DNA of 64,000 nucleotides from Octopus vulgaris (GCA_951406725.2 OX597828.1:4960001-5024000); one strand, 5' to 3'; positions 42,480 to 56,200 are shown, counted from the stretch's first letter. The notes: a model not told the origin generated them from the sequence alone. Numbers and translations: made by a program.

Positions 42480-43330
42480 ATTGAGTTCTTTTCAATGGGA
42501 TTCCATTATGTTTTCAAAGAAGCGAGTGAGCTACAAAAAGGCAAAGTAGTATCGTCTGATGGTGTTACGCTACCCGATCGTGAGAAAACCAAGAATATTA
42601 AGACTAATAGATGTAAGTATCTGGGTATTTTGGAGTATGAGAAAATTAAGGAGAATGAGATGCAGGAAAGCTTTAACGGGAATGTATCGGAAGAACCAAA
42701 TTCATTATGGGAAGTAGACTCAATGGAAAGAACAAGATCAGGGCAATGAAACATATGGTCTGTTTCGGTACTGTGATACAGCGCTGGTGTCATTAGATGG
42801 ACAGAGAACGAGCTTGCGGAAATGGATAGAAAAACCAGGTGATGACAATTAAGAAGGAACTGCACCCAAAAAATCGATGTTGATTGAATGCATGTACCTA
42901 GGTACAAGGGAGGAAGAGGTCTCTTAGAATGCAAGATCTTCGTTGCCAAACAGTCCTGTAAGTACATCAATTCTTTGCTTGCCGCTGTTAGAAATAACAC
43001 GATACCTACCGAAAATGTGACGCACCAAAAAAACATTTAAGAAACAAGATGAATAACAAAGAATTAACAATTGGAGATCTGAGCTAAAGGCAAAGCTTTA
43101 TCTTGGCTACCCAAGATCTTGATCTGGAACTATCAAGCCATATTGATGAAAAATGGTGTAGACCCAAAGTGCCGATACTGCATCGATGGGATAGAAACAG
43201 AGTACAACCTAATCTCTGGATGTAAAGTTTTAGCCCTTGTAGAATACAGATCAAAACAGGACATAGTTGGCCAATATCTACACTGGATAATGTGTCGGCA
43301 TTATGAAATCAAAACTGCTGACAAATGCCC
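42480..43330 (+). mobile_element. R4/Dong-type LINE fragment
   Basis: CKYLGILEYEKIKE, MDRKTR, KGGRGL, KCRYC..ETEYNLISGCKVLA..VGQYLHW. Confidence 0.8.
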
Positions 43331-44439
43331 TAAGTGTCAAGAAGACACTCGACAAGAAATGGAAAGAAAATTGAAAGAGGATAATGAAAGAAAAACATGT
43401 AATAGTAACAAATACACTAGTACCACCACCAACAACAATGCAATCGTAATTCCTTCGTTATTAACTGCATTAAACACTTTAATGTTAAAATACCTGGGTT
43501 GACAAGTCAAGCTTTATTAAGAACAAGAGGCGAGGAAAAGATTAATTTGAATGAATTCGTTAAAAATTTGATAATTCAGAATACATAAACAGAAAATGCA
43601 GAAAGCATTTAAGACAAGATATAATTAAACTTTAAAAAAAAATACGCCTTAAATGTAATCTTTCCACACACAGTTTTAAGAACTCTCTGGTCATGATTCA
43701 TTAGAATCTATGAAGAAAAATACATCCTGCCAATGTTTCTAGTTGCATGCACGAAAATCTTCATGAACATTTTGGGTATCGGACTGCGCAAAATATCTTC
43801 CCCATTATTCACCATACCTCGTAGTTGTTCATAGGCAACTACTGTTTCGACACGAGTTATCTAGCATATGAGTGTTCCACAAAATTTAAGTCCCCTCCTT
43901 TGAGCATTACAATAGGTTTCTTCCAGTTTTTGTTGCCTATTTAGATATTTTGCTTTGCTCTCCGATCATGAATGAAAATGGAGATTTTAACTCACCATCT
44001 ACCGTTACTCGTAAAGAAATTTAGCGCACCCGTAGGCGCCCGTCTGTATTGTTGCTGTTGATCACAGTTAAAAGAAATATCCAAAGTGTCTTGTTTGTCT
44101 CTCTTTCGTACTACAATAAGCTACTACGTAATTCTAATAATATCATGTCATTAGCTTGTCGTATGTACATCGAGTCTATCTCTTACTACCTCAATCAACA
44201 CATATTGTTTTTTAACAGTGAGACGTTGTTCATTCACACAACTGCAAACTTCATGGTGTCATGTCCTTTGGTATCCTTCCTTTATCTATTAAGCAACTCT
44301 CTCTGTTCTACATCGATATTGTTTCGAACTTTCCCATTTCCCACTGGTCTAACAATTTACTCCACCGAGCACCCGCCTTACGTTTTATATAGGATGTTAC
44401 TACGACGGGCAATGGCTTAGGGATTATCATTGTCAACAA

Positions 44440-45300
44440 ATAAAGAAGTGGAAACTGCTCCAACGTTTCCGATGCTGTTATAGCAACATTTCCAGGAATG
44501 CATCGTAGCAGTTGGTTATATTGCTTTTGTTTTTAGTCCTTCAGTTATTTAGCAACCGGGTTTTCCCTTCTTTACCATCACGCTTATTTCTCTACTGGTC
44601 TACTTTAGATATATACACCTGGATCTTCTCGAGAACCGTCGTCGTTGAAAGTATAATTTTTCATTATCTCTTCTGATAGCATCTGTCCATAATACAATAC
44701 AGAGATGACAATGAGCGACGGATCAATGTCGCTGTCGCTGCTTTTATTTTGTATTATGAGACAAGACTCTGCCAGTGCGTGTTGTCTTTGTCTCTCCTTG
44801 CAATTAAACGTAGTCCACAGTTTCTAAAATGAAAGAGATTCTACCATGTGACCAGTTTTTTCTTTTCTGGGTGGACACAATTCTCCACTACACATTCATT
44901 AGATCCTCATTTGATCGTCCTTACAAAAAAACAAATTGCATCTACAAATGTTAGTTGAATTTCGTCCTTGCTCATTCTAGAAAACAATGTCTCTCGTGAC
45001 ACACTGCCGTTTCACCTGTTTTTATGTCAGAAGTTTCTCTGTTTCTAGAATTTCTTCATTGGATACGACATTTCCAAAGCTACATCAGCAAAGGTCTCTG
45101 TTGTCACTGCTTTCTTTGTTAATATTCGGCAAGCCTTCACATCACTCTTATTCATATCAAGATCCATAGAAACATAATTATCTTTTGACTTTAAAATGTT
45201 TGTGCTCAGTTCTACTATATTTTCTTTTTTCTTGGTATTCTGACAAACTCTGAAAGCTTTTATTTGGAAGTCCGTCTTTTGAACAACATTCAAAATTGGT
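44440..45300 (-). mobile_element. Degraded Penelope-like element 3' end
   Basis: KTGH..IARE..LAESCLI..N in shifted frames resembles a GIY-YIG C-terminus. It is followed by a degenerate HHR, ttc-CTGGAAA-tgttg..cagca-tcg-GAAAC-GTT-gga (44459-44498). Confidence 0.5.
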
Positions 45301-45459
45301 TTTTGTTTTCTTTTTCGCTTTTTTTTCCAAATAGCCAAGGCGAGAAGAAAAAATAGCTCATTCTTTTTAAAGCCACTCGAAAGTATTGACACAGAAAATT
45401 TAACCAGCCAATATGGAAAACAAAATTATCCGGATAGGAAACCATACTAAAGGAAAATT

Positions 45460-45554
<95 letters not shown>

Positions 45555-45582
45555 CCGCTGTTAATACTACTACTACTATTAA

Positions 45583-45662
<80 letters not shown>

Positions 45663-45674
45663 TAATAATTTTGT

Positions 45675-45845
45675 CTCAAGCAGGCATTTTTGAGGAAGGA
45701 CATAAATCAATTTCGTCGACTTCAGTATTCCGCTGGTATTTATTTTATCGACAGCGAAAAGGTGACAAGCGAAGTCTACTTCTGTGCAATTTAAATTCAG
45801 AATATAAATTCGGAAAAAAATGCCGCCAAGCATTTTACGAGTTGA
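45675..45845 (-). mobile_element. SINE family B, diverged
   Basis: ctggtatttattttatcgac..gaaagg..aagtctactt..aatttaaattcagaa. Confidence 0.6.
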
Positions 45846-46084
45846 TGGAGTATTTATGACAATATTAGTACATTTAATGTTGAGCCAACTATGTATTTAT
45901 ATATATGTATGTATTTATTGTGTATATTGTTATGGTGAGGGATGATTATTTTCTTCGGCCATTTAAGCGCACACACCATATAATGCATGTGTTTAATAGT
46001 CACAGAAAATAAATACCATTCCGAAGTATAGCCATATATATTCCAACACACAGATTTCATATCAAAACAAATACATAAATGCTA

Positions 46085-46158
<74 letters not shown>

Positions 46159-46245
46159 TATATCTATATATATATTCATATGTATGTATGTGTGTGCGTG
46201 TGAGTATGTGTGTATATGTATGTATGTGTGTGTGTGTATGTATGT

Positions 46246-46670
46246 AATGAGGTGGTATGAAATATTTCCCGGGCTAGTTACGTTAAAAAAATACCTTATT
46301 TGCCTAAGTTTTAACATCACTTCCTTCGAAATATTCATCTTGCGCAGAAATACATCGGTCTCAGTGTTCTTGCGATTCTTGGAATCCGGGACTGGAAACC
46401 ATTTCCGTGAGCGATTCGAGGACCTACTGCGATTCGCTTTGGGTCTCTGCATTGGTGTTAAAACACCAACCACTGAGCTGCATTTTCATCTTAGGGAAGC
46501 GATGGCCGTCCGCAGGAGCTAAATCTGGCGAATAGGGCAGGTGCAGTAATGATACCATGTTGTCTTTGGTGAGAAACTCACCAAAGTCAGTAAAGCTCAG
46601 TGACAGGGTGCGCTGCCATCGTGAAGAATCCAATTCTGAGTTCCACAGTTCCGGTCGCTTTCGCTGAATG
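46246..46670 (-). mobile_element. mariner remnant
   Basis: LHLPYSPDLAPAD motif; TIR-like atgaggtggtatgaaatattt. Confidence 0.8.
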
Positions 46671-48119
46671 CTACACACACACACACACACACACACATAT
46701 GATTTAAAGTAAAATCGTTATCCCGGAGGAAATGCCGCTATGCATTTTGTCCAGACTGCTAACAATACTACCAGCTTAGAAATAATGTGAGGTCAATAAT
46801 TTTGACCTTTTAGTGGGGGACTCATCATGCCAGCTAAAAATGTTTTCCACTTGAAATAAATGTTTTATTTAATCTGGGCCACTGAAGTTCTAGAAATCCA
46901 ACGTTCTTTTGCCTTTGTTACCCAACAACTCTTTATTCCTTAACATTTATAATTTCTATACAGATTGATCAAGTTACCTCCCTTCCTCCTAAAAATACTT
47001 TCAGCGTAGAATTGATAGGAGACAAAATTTACCTGGAATATCGCAGTTAAATATGTGTTTGGAATTGGTTGTTGTAGATCATATATTGTTGTTTTATTAT
47101 TCTTTTTCAGAAAATACAGCAACGATTCATGAATCGCACGAGGTGCCAACAGTTTTGCAAGAAAAAAATTAAGAAAAAAGCAAACGATTTCTTTTATGCC
47201 TTTTGTGCATTTTTATTTTTTTTTTTTTTTGTTTTTTGTTTTGATTATTTCCTTTTTCTTTCTTAGCTTTGTTCGATTTTGATAAGCATTCATCAACACC
47301 GTTTACTTGATGCCAGTACACGCATTGAGTGGATTAAGTAAAAGTGTGCAGCTTATTAGACGAAGCTAGCACTTCGCTATTTACTTATTTCACCGATCAC
47401 TGATAGATAAATAATTATAGCCTGATATTTATGTATATTACCTTGATCTTTACTTGGGATAATATCTAATGCGAGAACAGTCGTTTTTTCACTTTTTATT
47501 GCTTCCAAAGCAGTTCAGACAAAGTTTTGAATCATGTACTTCAACAGCTCCAGAGGTGACATTTCTAGTTCTATTCTGCTGCAATCAACTCTTCTTGTTT
47601 CCTGTATCAGGGTTTCTTTTCACAACATATAAGTTGCCAAAATGTGTATAATTTTCTTATCTACTTGAAATTCGTTATCGCTTATTTTCTGTTTAGATTT
47701 TAAGTTCTGTGTAGATTTATGCTTTCTGTTGGTTCTACATTTTTCTGACAGCTGTCTGTTACGGCTGCCTCTCTGTTGTACATGTTATCTTCTTTGAATA
47801 CAGAAAAGAACACTTTATTTATTTATTTTTCGTCATGTATTGAATCTTTCAGCTAACTTTTCTCTATTCTTCACTTATTATTCTTTCTACTCTTTACCTG
47901 TATAATCCTACCATAAATGTTTGTAGTATTCTTTTAGTGGTAGAACACACATCTCTTTTATTCGTAGTAAACAGAATAATTCTCTGTAGGATCTAAATTA
48001 GTAAATTCTAAATGACCGCAGAATATTTATTTTATTTCTAAACTAATTAAGTATAAAATCATTTTGTTTAGTAAAACAACTAATATATTGACGTTTATCA
48101 GTATATTTATTCGGTTACG

Positions 48120-48470
48120 ACTTGAGTCGCACTGCGTGGCACCTTGGACAAGTACCCTCTACTATAACCTCGGGTCGACTAAAGCCTTCTTAGTATATTT
48201 GGTAGACGGATACTGAAAGAAGCTCGCCGAATGTATGTGTCTGCGTGTTTGGTGTGTGTGTTTATGTTTGTCCCTCCACTACTACTTGACAATCTGTGTT
48301 GGTCTATTTACATCCACGCAGTTCGACAAAAGAGGCTGATAGAATAAGTGCTATGCTTCAAGAAATAAGTACTGGGGGTCGATTCGTTCGACTAAAATTC
48401 ACCAGGGCCCCAAAAAGGCTCCAGTGTAGCCATAACCTGAGATAAATGAAATGTAGGATATAAAAGATTT
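48120..48470 (+). mobile_element. SINE family A, diverged
   Basis: cactgcgtggcaccttggacaagt..tttggtagacggatactgaaagaagc..gatagaataagt. Confidence 0.75.
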
Positions 48471-49379
48471 ATTTATTTATTTATTGTATTTCATTGTTTT
48501 ACGAGTTAATTTAATATGCTCATTTCAAGGAACTTATCTTGACTTTTGGGTGATGGGCTCCCGAGCAATAAGTCTGGCCTTAGATTCTTGAACCAGGTGA
48601 AGCTTTCTGTTTTGAGTAAGACACTTCATTTCCCGTTGCAACTGAATATCAGCCACTGCCGAGAGGTAATCCTGCGAGAGACTGGTGACCCATACAAGTG
48701 GTAGTCTTGTACTTTTACTCACAGTCATTTAAATGCCACGAAACTAGAATATGCGGTAACCTAGTGGGTCTGTAGGTTCGAGTAAGTCTTTAAAATACAT
48801 TTACAATACCCTGTTTCTGTGTCGTTGTTTCATAAACACTTTGTTTATTACTGCTGAAATATGAAGAATTCTGTTTAGCATAATTCTTCTAATTCTGTTT
48901 GTTTAGCTAATAGGTTATTTCCCCTTGAGTTTTTTTTCTTCAAGACCGATTTGGCAAGTTTTTCTGAAAGTTTCAAAACCATGTGTTATTATGGAGCATA
49001 CAATTTTAGACAATATTCCTGATAACTATGGAGTTGACGAGTGGGATACACAACTACCAGGCTTTCCTGCACCTTCAAAAAGTTTCTTCTGTCGTAATTT
49101 CGGAATATTCAAGAACTAAAATTGAACTGAAGATATCATCGGGCAGGTTTTTCAGGCTGTAGACATTTGCTAGACTGGGTTTCTTTATTTGAATTCGCTC
49201 TTCTGGATGTAATGTTTAATAACTTAATCAATTATCTCTGAAAATTATCATGAACTCCACCGCTTTTTCTGTGACAAAGCAATTGTAACAACAAATATAA
49301 AATGAAAATACAATGACTCGCTAATATCTATATCTACTTCAGTCTTGTTTAGGATGTTGGTTAAATATTTAAGATGTTG

Positions 49380-50050
49380 GCTAATTGATTACAGTGAGGT
49401 TTTGAATGCCTCATTGTCTCATTGTGCTGGCTGCACATTCTGCATTTCGTTTTGGCGCCTGATACCATAATTTTGATTTTATCATTGTTTGTAGTCAGGA
49501 ATTGGTTTTGTGCAGCGAGAAACACTCCTGTTTCAGGTTTTAGTCCAGAGCTTTTGAGCCATTCAGCATTTTACTTAGGTTCAATTCCTGTCTGGAAAAC
49601 TTTGCATGGTATTGGCCATGGAGGGATTTTCCCTCCATTTCTTCAGTATCTTTTGTAATTATGATTTCACGTTGTTCTTCGTCACTTTGATTATTTCTGC
49701 TATGTTTTCATCTGAAATCAGTGTATCAGTGTAGCTTGTTTCTGTTTTGTATTTTGTCGCCTCATTAACGTTAGAAAAAAGCGTTTTCTTTTTCTCGTGT
49801 CGTTTTATTACATGCAGTATTCTCTCACATTTTGTTTCTAAGTATTTTCCTAGTTCGACTATTGTTATTTTATAATAGTCCTCTATCTGTATCACGCCAC
49901 GGCCTCTTTCTCAGCGGGGTAGATATATTCTGTCTCCCACTGCTTTGGGGTGGTGACATCGGTACGCTGTTAGTAGCTTACTGGTTTTTCTATCTAGGTT
50001 TCTTAATTCTCTGATCTTCCAGTAAAGCTGTAATTTAGGACTGTATGACT
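49380..50050 (-). mobile_element. R4/Dong-type LINE fragment
   Basis: RGVIQIEDYYKITIVELGKYL; LKPETGVFLAAQNQ..KCRMC. Confidence 0.75.
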
Positions 50051-50100
50051 TGCGTGTTTATCCCTATCATTATTCCTCCTCCTCCTCATCATCATCATTC

Positions 50101-50287
50101 AAGGCAGCGATCTGGCAGAATCGTTTGCACGCCGGAAAAAAGGCTTTGTGCTATTTTGTTCGTCTTCAGGTCCTGAGTACAAATTCCACCAAGATCGATG
50201 AATTAAGTACCAGTGAAACACTGGGGTCGATTTAATAGACTAGTCTCCTACCGCCAAATTTCAGGATTTGTGCTTTTAGTAGAAAGG

Positions 50288-50290
<3 letters not shown>
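50101..50290 (+). mobile_element. SINE family B
   Basis: ggcagcgatctggcagaatcgtt..taagtaccagtgaaacactggggtcga..gtagaaaggatt followed by (ATT)n. Confidence 0.75.
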
Positions 50291-50322
<32 letters not shown>

Positions 50323-50515
50323 GAAGCCGGGAGCTGACTAAATCCTGAGGAAGCCGGAAAAACTTCATAGCAGTATTTGGTTGTTCTTGTTTACGTTTTA
50401 GGTTCAAATTCTTTCGAGGTCAATATTGATTTCCACATTTTGTGGTCAATAAATTAAATACCAGTTGATTACTGGAGTCAGTGAAATTACTGGGCTTCTG
50501 CCAAAATTTGAAACC

Positions 50516-50576
<61 letters not shown>

Positions 50577-51367
50577 GAGTTGTTGTTGTTGCTGCAGCAG
50601 CTGTTGTTGTTTTTGGTTTCTTTATTGTTATTGTTGTTTTTTGTTGGTGGTGGTAGTGGTACTAAACTCTTGTTTATTTTAGTTGCGATCGCTTTGGGAA
50701 GGTTACGCAATCGTTATGATTAATATGTTTAATAATATAGTTGGCAGTTAAAACTTCAAAGAAAATTCTGATATATTAGAAAGACGTGTTACAATAAATT
50801 TGCCTTTGTAATGTATGAGAAGCAAAGACATGTCACTTCAACCAGCACTGAATAATCAATGGGCTTTTTGTTAGTTTTCGATACTGAGTTGAAACCGCCT
50901 TGTGGGCATATAACAGAAAAGAGCAATACTTATTCGTTTGACCTCCAGAAACGATCTTTTAATCGATAGGTTCACTGAGGGTTCGTTCAACGCAGTACGT
51001 TCAGTATTGTAAATGCAATTACAAATTGAAGAAGAAAAATAATATATGTAATTAAGAAGAAAAAAGAGGAGGAAGATGAGAAGAAGAAGAAGAAGAAGAA
51101 GAAGAAGGAGAAGGAGAAGAAGGAAGAAGGAGAAGAAGAAGGAAGAAGGAGAAGGAGAAGAATATAATAATGATGATGATGATAATGATGACGATGAAAA
51201 TAGATCAAACAAACAAGAAAACATACAAAAATAACTTCCTAATATATGTTTTAGTAAAATTTTGGTAGACTGTAACCGTAGTATCTTTTGCAATATATGG
51301 ATGTGTGTATGTATGTATGTATATATGTATGTATGTATGTATGTATACGTTTGTTCTTGTGTGTGTG

Positions 51368-51428
51368 GTTGTGTAACGCACATACACGTTGTGTAACGCA
51401 CATACGCGTTGTGTAACGCACATAAACG
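51368..51428. repeat. 20-bp tandem repeat, 3 copies
   Basis: gttgtgtaacgcacatacac. Confidence 0.9.
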
Positions 51429-52620
51429 TATTGGTGCATGTACCTTTGTATCTTCTGCCGTTGCATGTAGGCGAATGATGAAAGACAACGGTGAAACTCA
51501 TTGTTCTTCAAACTAGGTCATCTGGGTTACACGCAGTACCTCAAATTTTCCCGTTATAAATGCAGCGAATCAATGATTTGTATCTTCTAAACCTCTACAT
51601 ACCGACGCACTTCATAATTTGCTATTCAAAGTAAAGTGCTTTAATAATAGCAAAATAAATAAATAAATAAAAATGGGACATCAATGTTGCTAATAATATC
51701 AATATTTGCAGTATCATTTTCGAACTGCATTAACATACAGCTGTTATTTAAGCGACTCATTTAAACTGACAAATATTATCTTCGATAAACAAGCATAGTA
51801 ATGGAAATTACTGCTGTGTACGTTGTGCTTTAAAGAACTTTATCCACCGCCAAACTTTAATGAGAATGTCAGTGTAAGTTAATCTGATTGTTCTGTTTGC
51901 CGATCGTTATGAAGAAAGTCGTAAAAGCCATCTCAAACAATACATTATGTTCAGATAACATGTGTTAGATTTCGTGGGATACAATTTGATTATACTGACC
52001 GAATTCTTTTGTTGATAAGGAGAAAATATGTAAAGAGTACTTTCAGATTAATTCAATGATAGTTTTAAAAGAAATGGCTTTAAAGTTTGCAATTATGTCC
52101 AGTATTTAGTTCAAGAAACATTGAGCGATATTGAAATTTCCATAATATAGAATATTTTGACGATCTAACTGTTTAAATTAGCTTAAACAATTAGCTTTCT
52201 TTAATTTCGTAGGAGTCATAGCTAAAATTGCGATGGCCGTGGCAATTTGACGTCCTTAATAAATATCAAATGGCTTATGTGTCACACGATTAAAAAGTAA
52301 TGACTCGATGAACCAAATGCAATACCTTCTTTGCGTCTTGCAATGTACATTATATTATATAGGTTCTTGAAATGTAGACCACAATAATACATGCGATCGT
52401 GGGTGCAACAGCATAAACACTAGGTCACGCACCTTCACATACACTCACACACGAACATACGCACACGCACACATACACACACACATACACATATTTATAA
52501 GTTAGTTAAAATATATGTTTGACATATTTCAACTGCAGTTATCGAGGAGAACATATCCCTCCTATGGTAAAATGTGTGAAACACAGACACTGTCTCTTCC
52601 GTGTCGTCATCTATCAAAGG

Positions 52621-52663
52621 CCGAGACACCGATGTTTCGAGTCTATTCACTCTTGTCAATGGG
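52621..52663 (-). ncRNA. Type I HHR with U3-A8 core
   Basis: ccca-TTGACAA-gagt-gaatag-actc-GAAAC-atcggt-GTC-tcgg; perfect stem II, GUC triplet, one mismatch in stem I. Confidence 0.65.
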
Positions 52664-53133
52664 ATGTACCTGAGATTGGCAACTCTGAACAGACTTATAA
52701 AGCAATAGCTTTATTATAATTCAGCCAACACATTGATTGACTTGTGCTAGTAGATCGCCTGATCGACGAAAGATAATGAGATGTTCGCGCTAACCAGTGT
52801 TGAGGCATAGCCAAAATTCAGGTTTGTTAAATTATGTTGCCACGCCTTTTACCACGAGAAAGATATTTATCCACGGTAACTGCAGAGTATTTGCCTTTTA
52901 GCATTGGAAATATGTCACAGAGATTTCAACTGACCTAAATTGTGCTTACACCCAAATATATGTGTGTGTGTGTGTATGTGTGTGTGTGTGTATGTGTGTG
53001 TGTGTGTATGTGTATACTTATATATATACATACATATGTATGGATACATATATATATATATATGCATATAAATCTTTTTCAGAATGAGATAAAAAGAACA
53101 AGGCTGTGAAGATTTTAGGACATTTATAAATAG

Positions 53134-53181
53134 GTCTTACAGCTGTTTCCAGGATATTAATTATATCCCTTCATCGGAGAC
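53134..53181 (-). ncRNA. Type I HHR with U4C core
   Basis: gtct-CCGATGA-a-gggatat-aatta-atatcct-g-GAAAC-agct-GTA-agac. Confidence 0.65.
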
Positions 53182-53235
53182 TGTGTGAGAAAATGGTTAA
53201 GCAGTAGTTTATTTAGATAAGATACGAAATAGCGA

Positions 53236-53370
53236 GTGAAGTGGAGAAATGTAAATAGATGTGAGATATGCAGGGATATTGCATTTGTAGATCCATTTAT
53301 TAGGCAGAAGGAGACACTTTGTATATTAAAGCACAACTCTCCAGCACTGCTAAATAAAACATCCATTTCT
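53236..53370 (+). pseudogene. Possible Penelope ORF C-terminal remnant
   Basis: RCEIC..QKETLCILKHNSPALLNK resembles the C..C..E..I..LLN ending of PLE proteins; adjacent to an HHR. Confidence 0.35.
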
Positions 53371-54372
53371 CATTGGTACAACAGTTTAATACCACAGATA
53401 AAAGAGTATGATTACAATATACAAATATTACATGAAATAAAGAAATATAACTGATAAACATAAAATGTATGTATATTATAATATAATATATTATGAGATA
53501 ATATAATATATTATGAAATAATATAATATATTATGAAAAGATATAACATAATAATATAATATATTATGAAAATATATAATATAACATAACAAAATTTTAA
53601 AAAGCCAATATAAAGCTAGCATATTAGTAAATTTACCAAAAAGTTACATCTATGTATAGAAGCCTCTTCAAGGCCCTTGTTAAAAAAACAGACGATATTC
53701 CATATTAGGACTGCCAAATTACAAAAAAAAATGCTGATTCAAAAAATACATATGTTTAAAAGCGTGGGAGTTAATAATTTAAATACATAATAAATGCAAT
53801 AAAAAGGACAACAAATTTTAAATGGATAAAATGATTAAGAAAAGAAAATTTACAACGGTCATAAAATGTTCTTATGGATCTCCAATAATATTAATCAAAA
53901 AGTATTTTAATCGAAAATAATCACTGGCCATTTTATAATATAATAATATCCATGCCTATATAATATGTAATATATTAAAAATTTATAGTGGAGTAGGAAA
54001 TGTGTTTTATTTAAAATTACTACATATTATGATGAAAATGATAAATAAATAAGGATATATTTAATTCAGACACTAAATGCAATAAAAATTTTCTTAATCG
54101 ACAATTCATTCACTCAATATATTACTACCAAATATGCTGATGTTAGACAAATGTATAGAGTTACGATTATTATAAAATAATACCATTTTGTTTTTACATA
54201 ATAATGATAATAATATATAAAGTATCGGAGTTTTACTTAGTTTTATAGAAGCAAATAAATGAAGTTAATCCAACATATTTATACTGTACATTCATATATG
54301 TATACAAGTTCGAAAGAACATCATATGATGAAATATATTAAACTAAACTGGTACCACAATAAATATACATGT

Positions 54373-54615
54373 TTTCTTTTATTCTTTTACTTGTTTTCGT
54401 CATTTGAGTGCGGTCATGCTGGACCACCGCCTTTAGTCGAACAAATCGACCCCAGGACTTATTCTTTGCAAGCCTAGTATTTATTCTACAGGTCCCATTT
54501 GCAAAACCGCTAAGTGACAGGGACGTAAACACACCAGCATCGGTTGTCGAGCGATGTTTTGGGGAGGGGACAAACACAGACACACTAATACACACACACT
54601 TACATATATGTATAT

Positions 54616-54669
<54 letters not shown>

Positions 54670-54673
54670 ATAA

Positions 54674-54714
<41 letters not shown>

Positions 54715-54830
54715 CCACGGGCTTCTTTTAGTTTCCGTCTACCAAATCCACTCACAAGAGTTTGGTTGGCCCGAGACTATAGTAGAAGACACTTCCCAAG
54801 TTCATAAGCAAGCTACATACCACACAACCT
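54373..54830 (-). mobile_element. SINE family A (head partly deleted)
   Basis: Reverse-complement match to the other family A copies. Confidence 0.8.
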
Positions 54831-54973
54831 ATATGTATAATGATATATAATCATTCAAAAAATATATTTCTGTAAATTAGAGTTAATATAAACAATTGCA
54901 GCATGGAAGGTGTTTATAAACCATTTAAGAAACACACAAAAATCGTTGGACTCACTTCAACATTTAAATTTAA

Positions 54974-55024
54974 TTTGTCAAAATATTTTCGTCGCTTTGA
55001 GACCACGACTTGTTCACTGACAAA
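54974..55024 (-). ncRNA. HHR-like motif with G3-C8 core (left arm)
   Basis: tttgtca-GTGAACA-a-gtcgt-ggtctcaaa-gcgac-GAA-AATATT-T-tgacaaa; 7-bp stem I. Confidence 0.65.
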
Positions 55025-55043
55025 ACTTCGTGCTGCACGGAAT

Positions 55044-55094
55044 TTTGTCTGTGAACAGGTCGCGGTCTCAAAGCGACGAAAATATTTTGACAAA
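55044..55094 (+). ncRNA. HHR-like motif with G3-C8 core (right arm)
   Basis: tttgtct-GTGAACA-g-gtcgc-ggtctcaaa-gcgac-GAA-AATATT-T-tgacaaa. Confidence 0.6.
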
Positions 55095-55235
55095 TTAAAT
55101 TTAAATGTTGAAGTGAGTCTAACGTTTTGTGTGTTTCTGAAATGGCTTATAAACACCTTCCACGCTGCAATTGTTTTCGTTACAGCACAATATCTCAGAT
55201 CAGGTCACTTGCTATGCAAGTACATCTCCGTAAAG

Positions 55236-55295
<60 letters not shown>

Positions 55296-55366
55296 AATTA
55301 ATTAGCTACATAAAAATTGCCGGAAATATGTACTTACTATAGAAAAGTTTTTCATCACGATACGTC

Positions 55367-55426
<60 letters not shown>

Positions 55427-55431
55427 ATAAT

Positions 55432-56200
55432 TAATTTATCCTCCAGCGGTCCAACGTCCTCCAGAAAGGATTTTTTGAGTTCATGATAATCATCTTTTTC
55501 TAAGGTTATAACGTCTATGTTTGTGTCTTTTATGCCTTTGGCCATCTTATACTGTTCAACCGATTTACAATTATAAATTTCTATTGTTAGTTCTGTGTTC
55601 GACGTGTTGTATACTGTGATGCATGAGGAGGAGGGGGTCTTTTGTCGGGTGAGGTGTGCCTGCGTGTTTTTTTTCTGTAGGGGGAGAGTCGGGGTTAGTG
55701 TCGAAGAGGGCGGGCGAAAGTATGGTGATTGTAGGGACAAGAGAGGGACTAGTGTCTGTGGGGGTAGGAAGGGAATATTTTATCTTCCTTTTTTTCTCGT
55801 AACATCTGCGAATCCGTCACCCGAAGATGCTTCTTCGCCACCCAGTTCCTTGCTTAGGTTTGGTTGCACTGTTTTGTTTTCAGTCGTTCTTGTTTTTAAA
55901 TTTTCTTTCTGACGTCCCTGGGGGGTAGAGGTGCGGTCTGCTTACCAACAAGAGGGACCTCTGGAGTTTGTGAGAGAGGTGGAGGGCATTCGGCTTTAAT
56001 GTGGCCTTTCTGTCCAAATTTATAACAATGTGCCTTCCTACCCTCTACTGTAACATGTAGTCGTGTGACGCTTCCCACTGGTATGGTGTCTGTTTTTTTT
56101 CTTTTAGAACTCGGCGGCTGCCTGGATTAACATTCCCAGGCTTTGCCCTGTCAGTTCTGTAGGTGTGTTCTGGAGCCTTGGAGGATTGTTATTTCATCCT
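55432..56200 (-). mobile_element. Tx1/L1-like ORF1 (zinc knuckle) remnant
   Basis: LHVTVEGRKAHCYKFGQKGHIKAECP (degenerate CCHC), comparable to YHVILVGRPPKCHSCLQPGHIKRNC at about 36250. Confidence 0.65.

Larger units (their letters stand above)
54890..55176. repeat. Near-perfect palindrome of about 287 bp with back-to-back HHR-like motifs
   Basis: Arms aaacaattgcagc..gacaaaa / ttttgtc..gctgcaattgttt around centre cgtgctgcacg; direct repeat agttaatata at 54881-54890 and 55234-55243. Confidence 0.9.

Noticed and set aside
54903-55301. Near-identical ORFs on both strands
   Set aside because: A consequence of the palindrome; no protein features.
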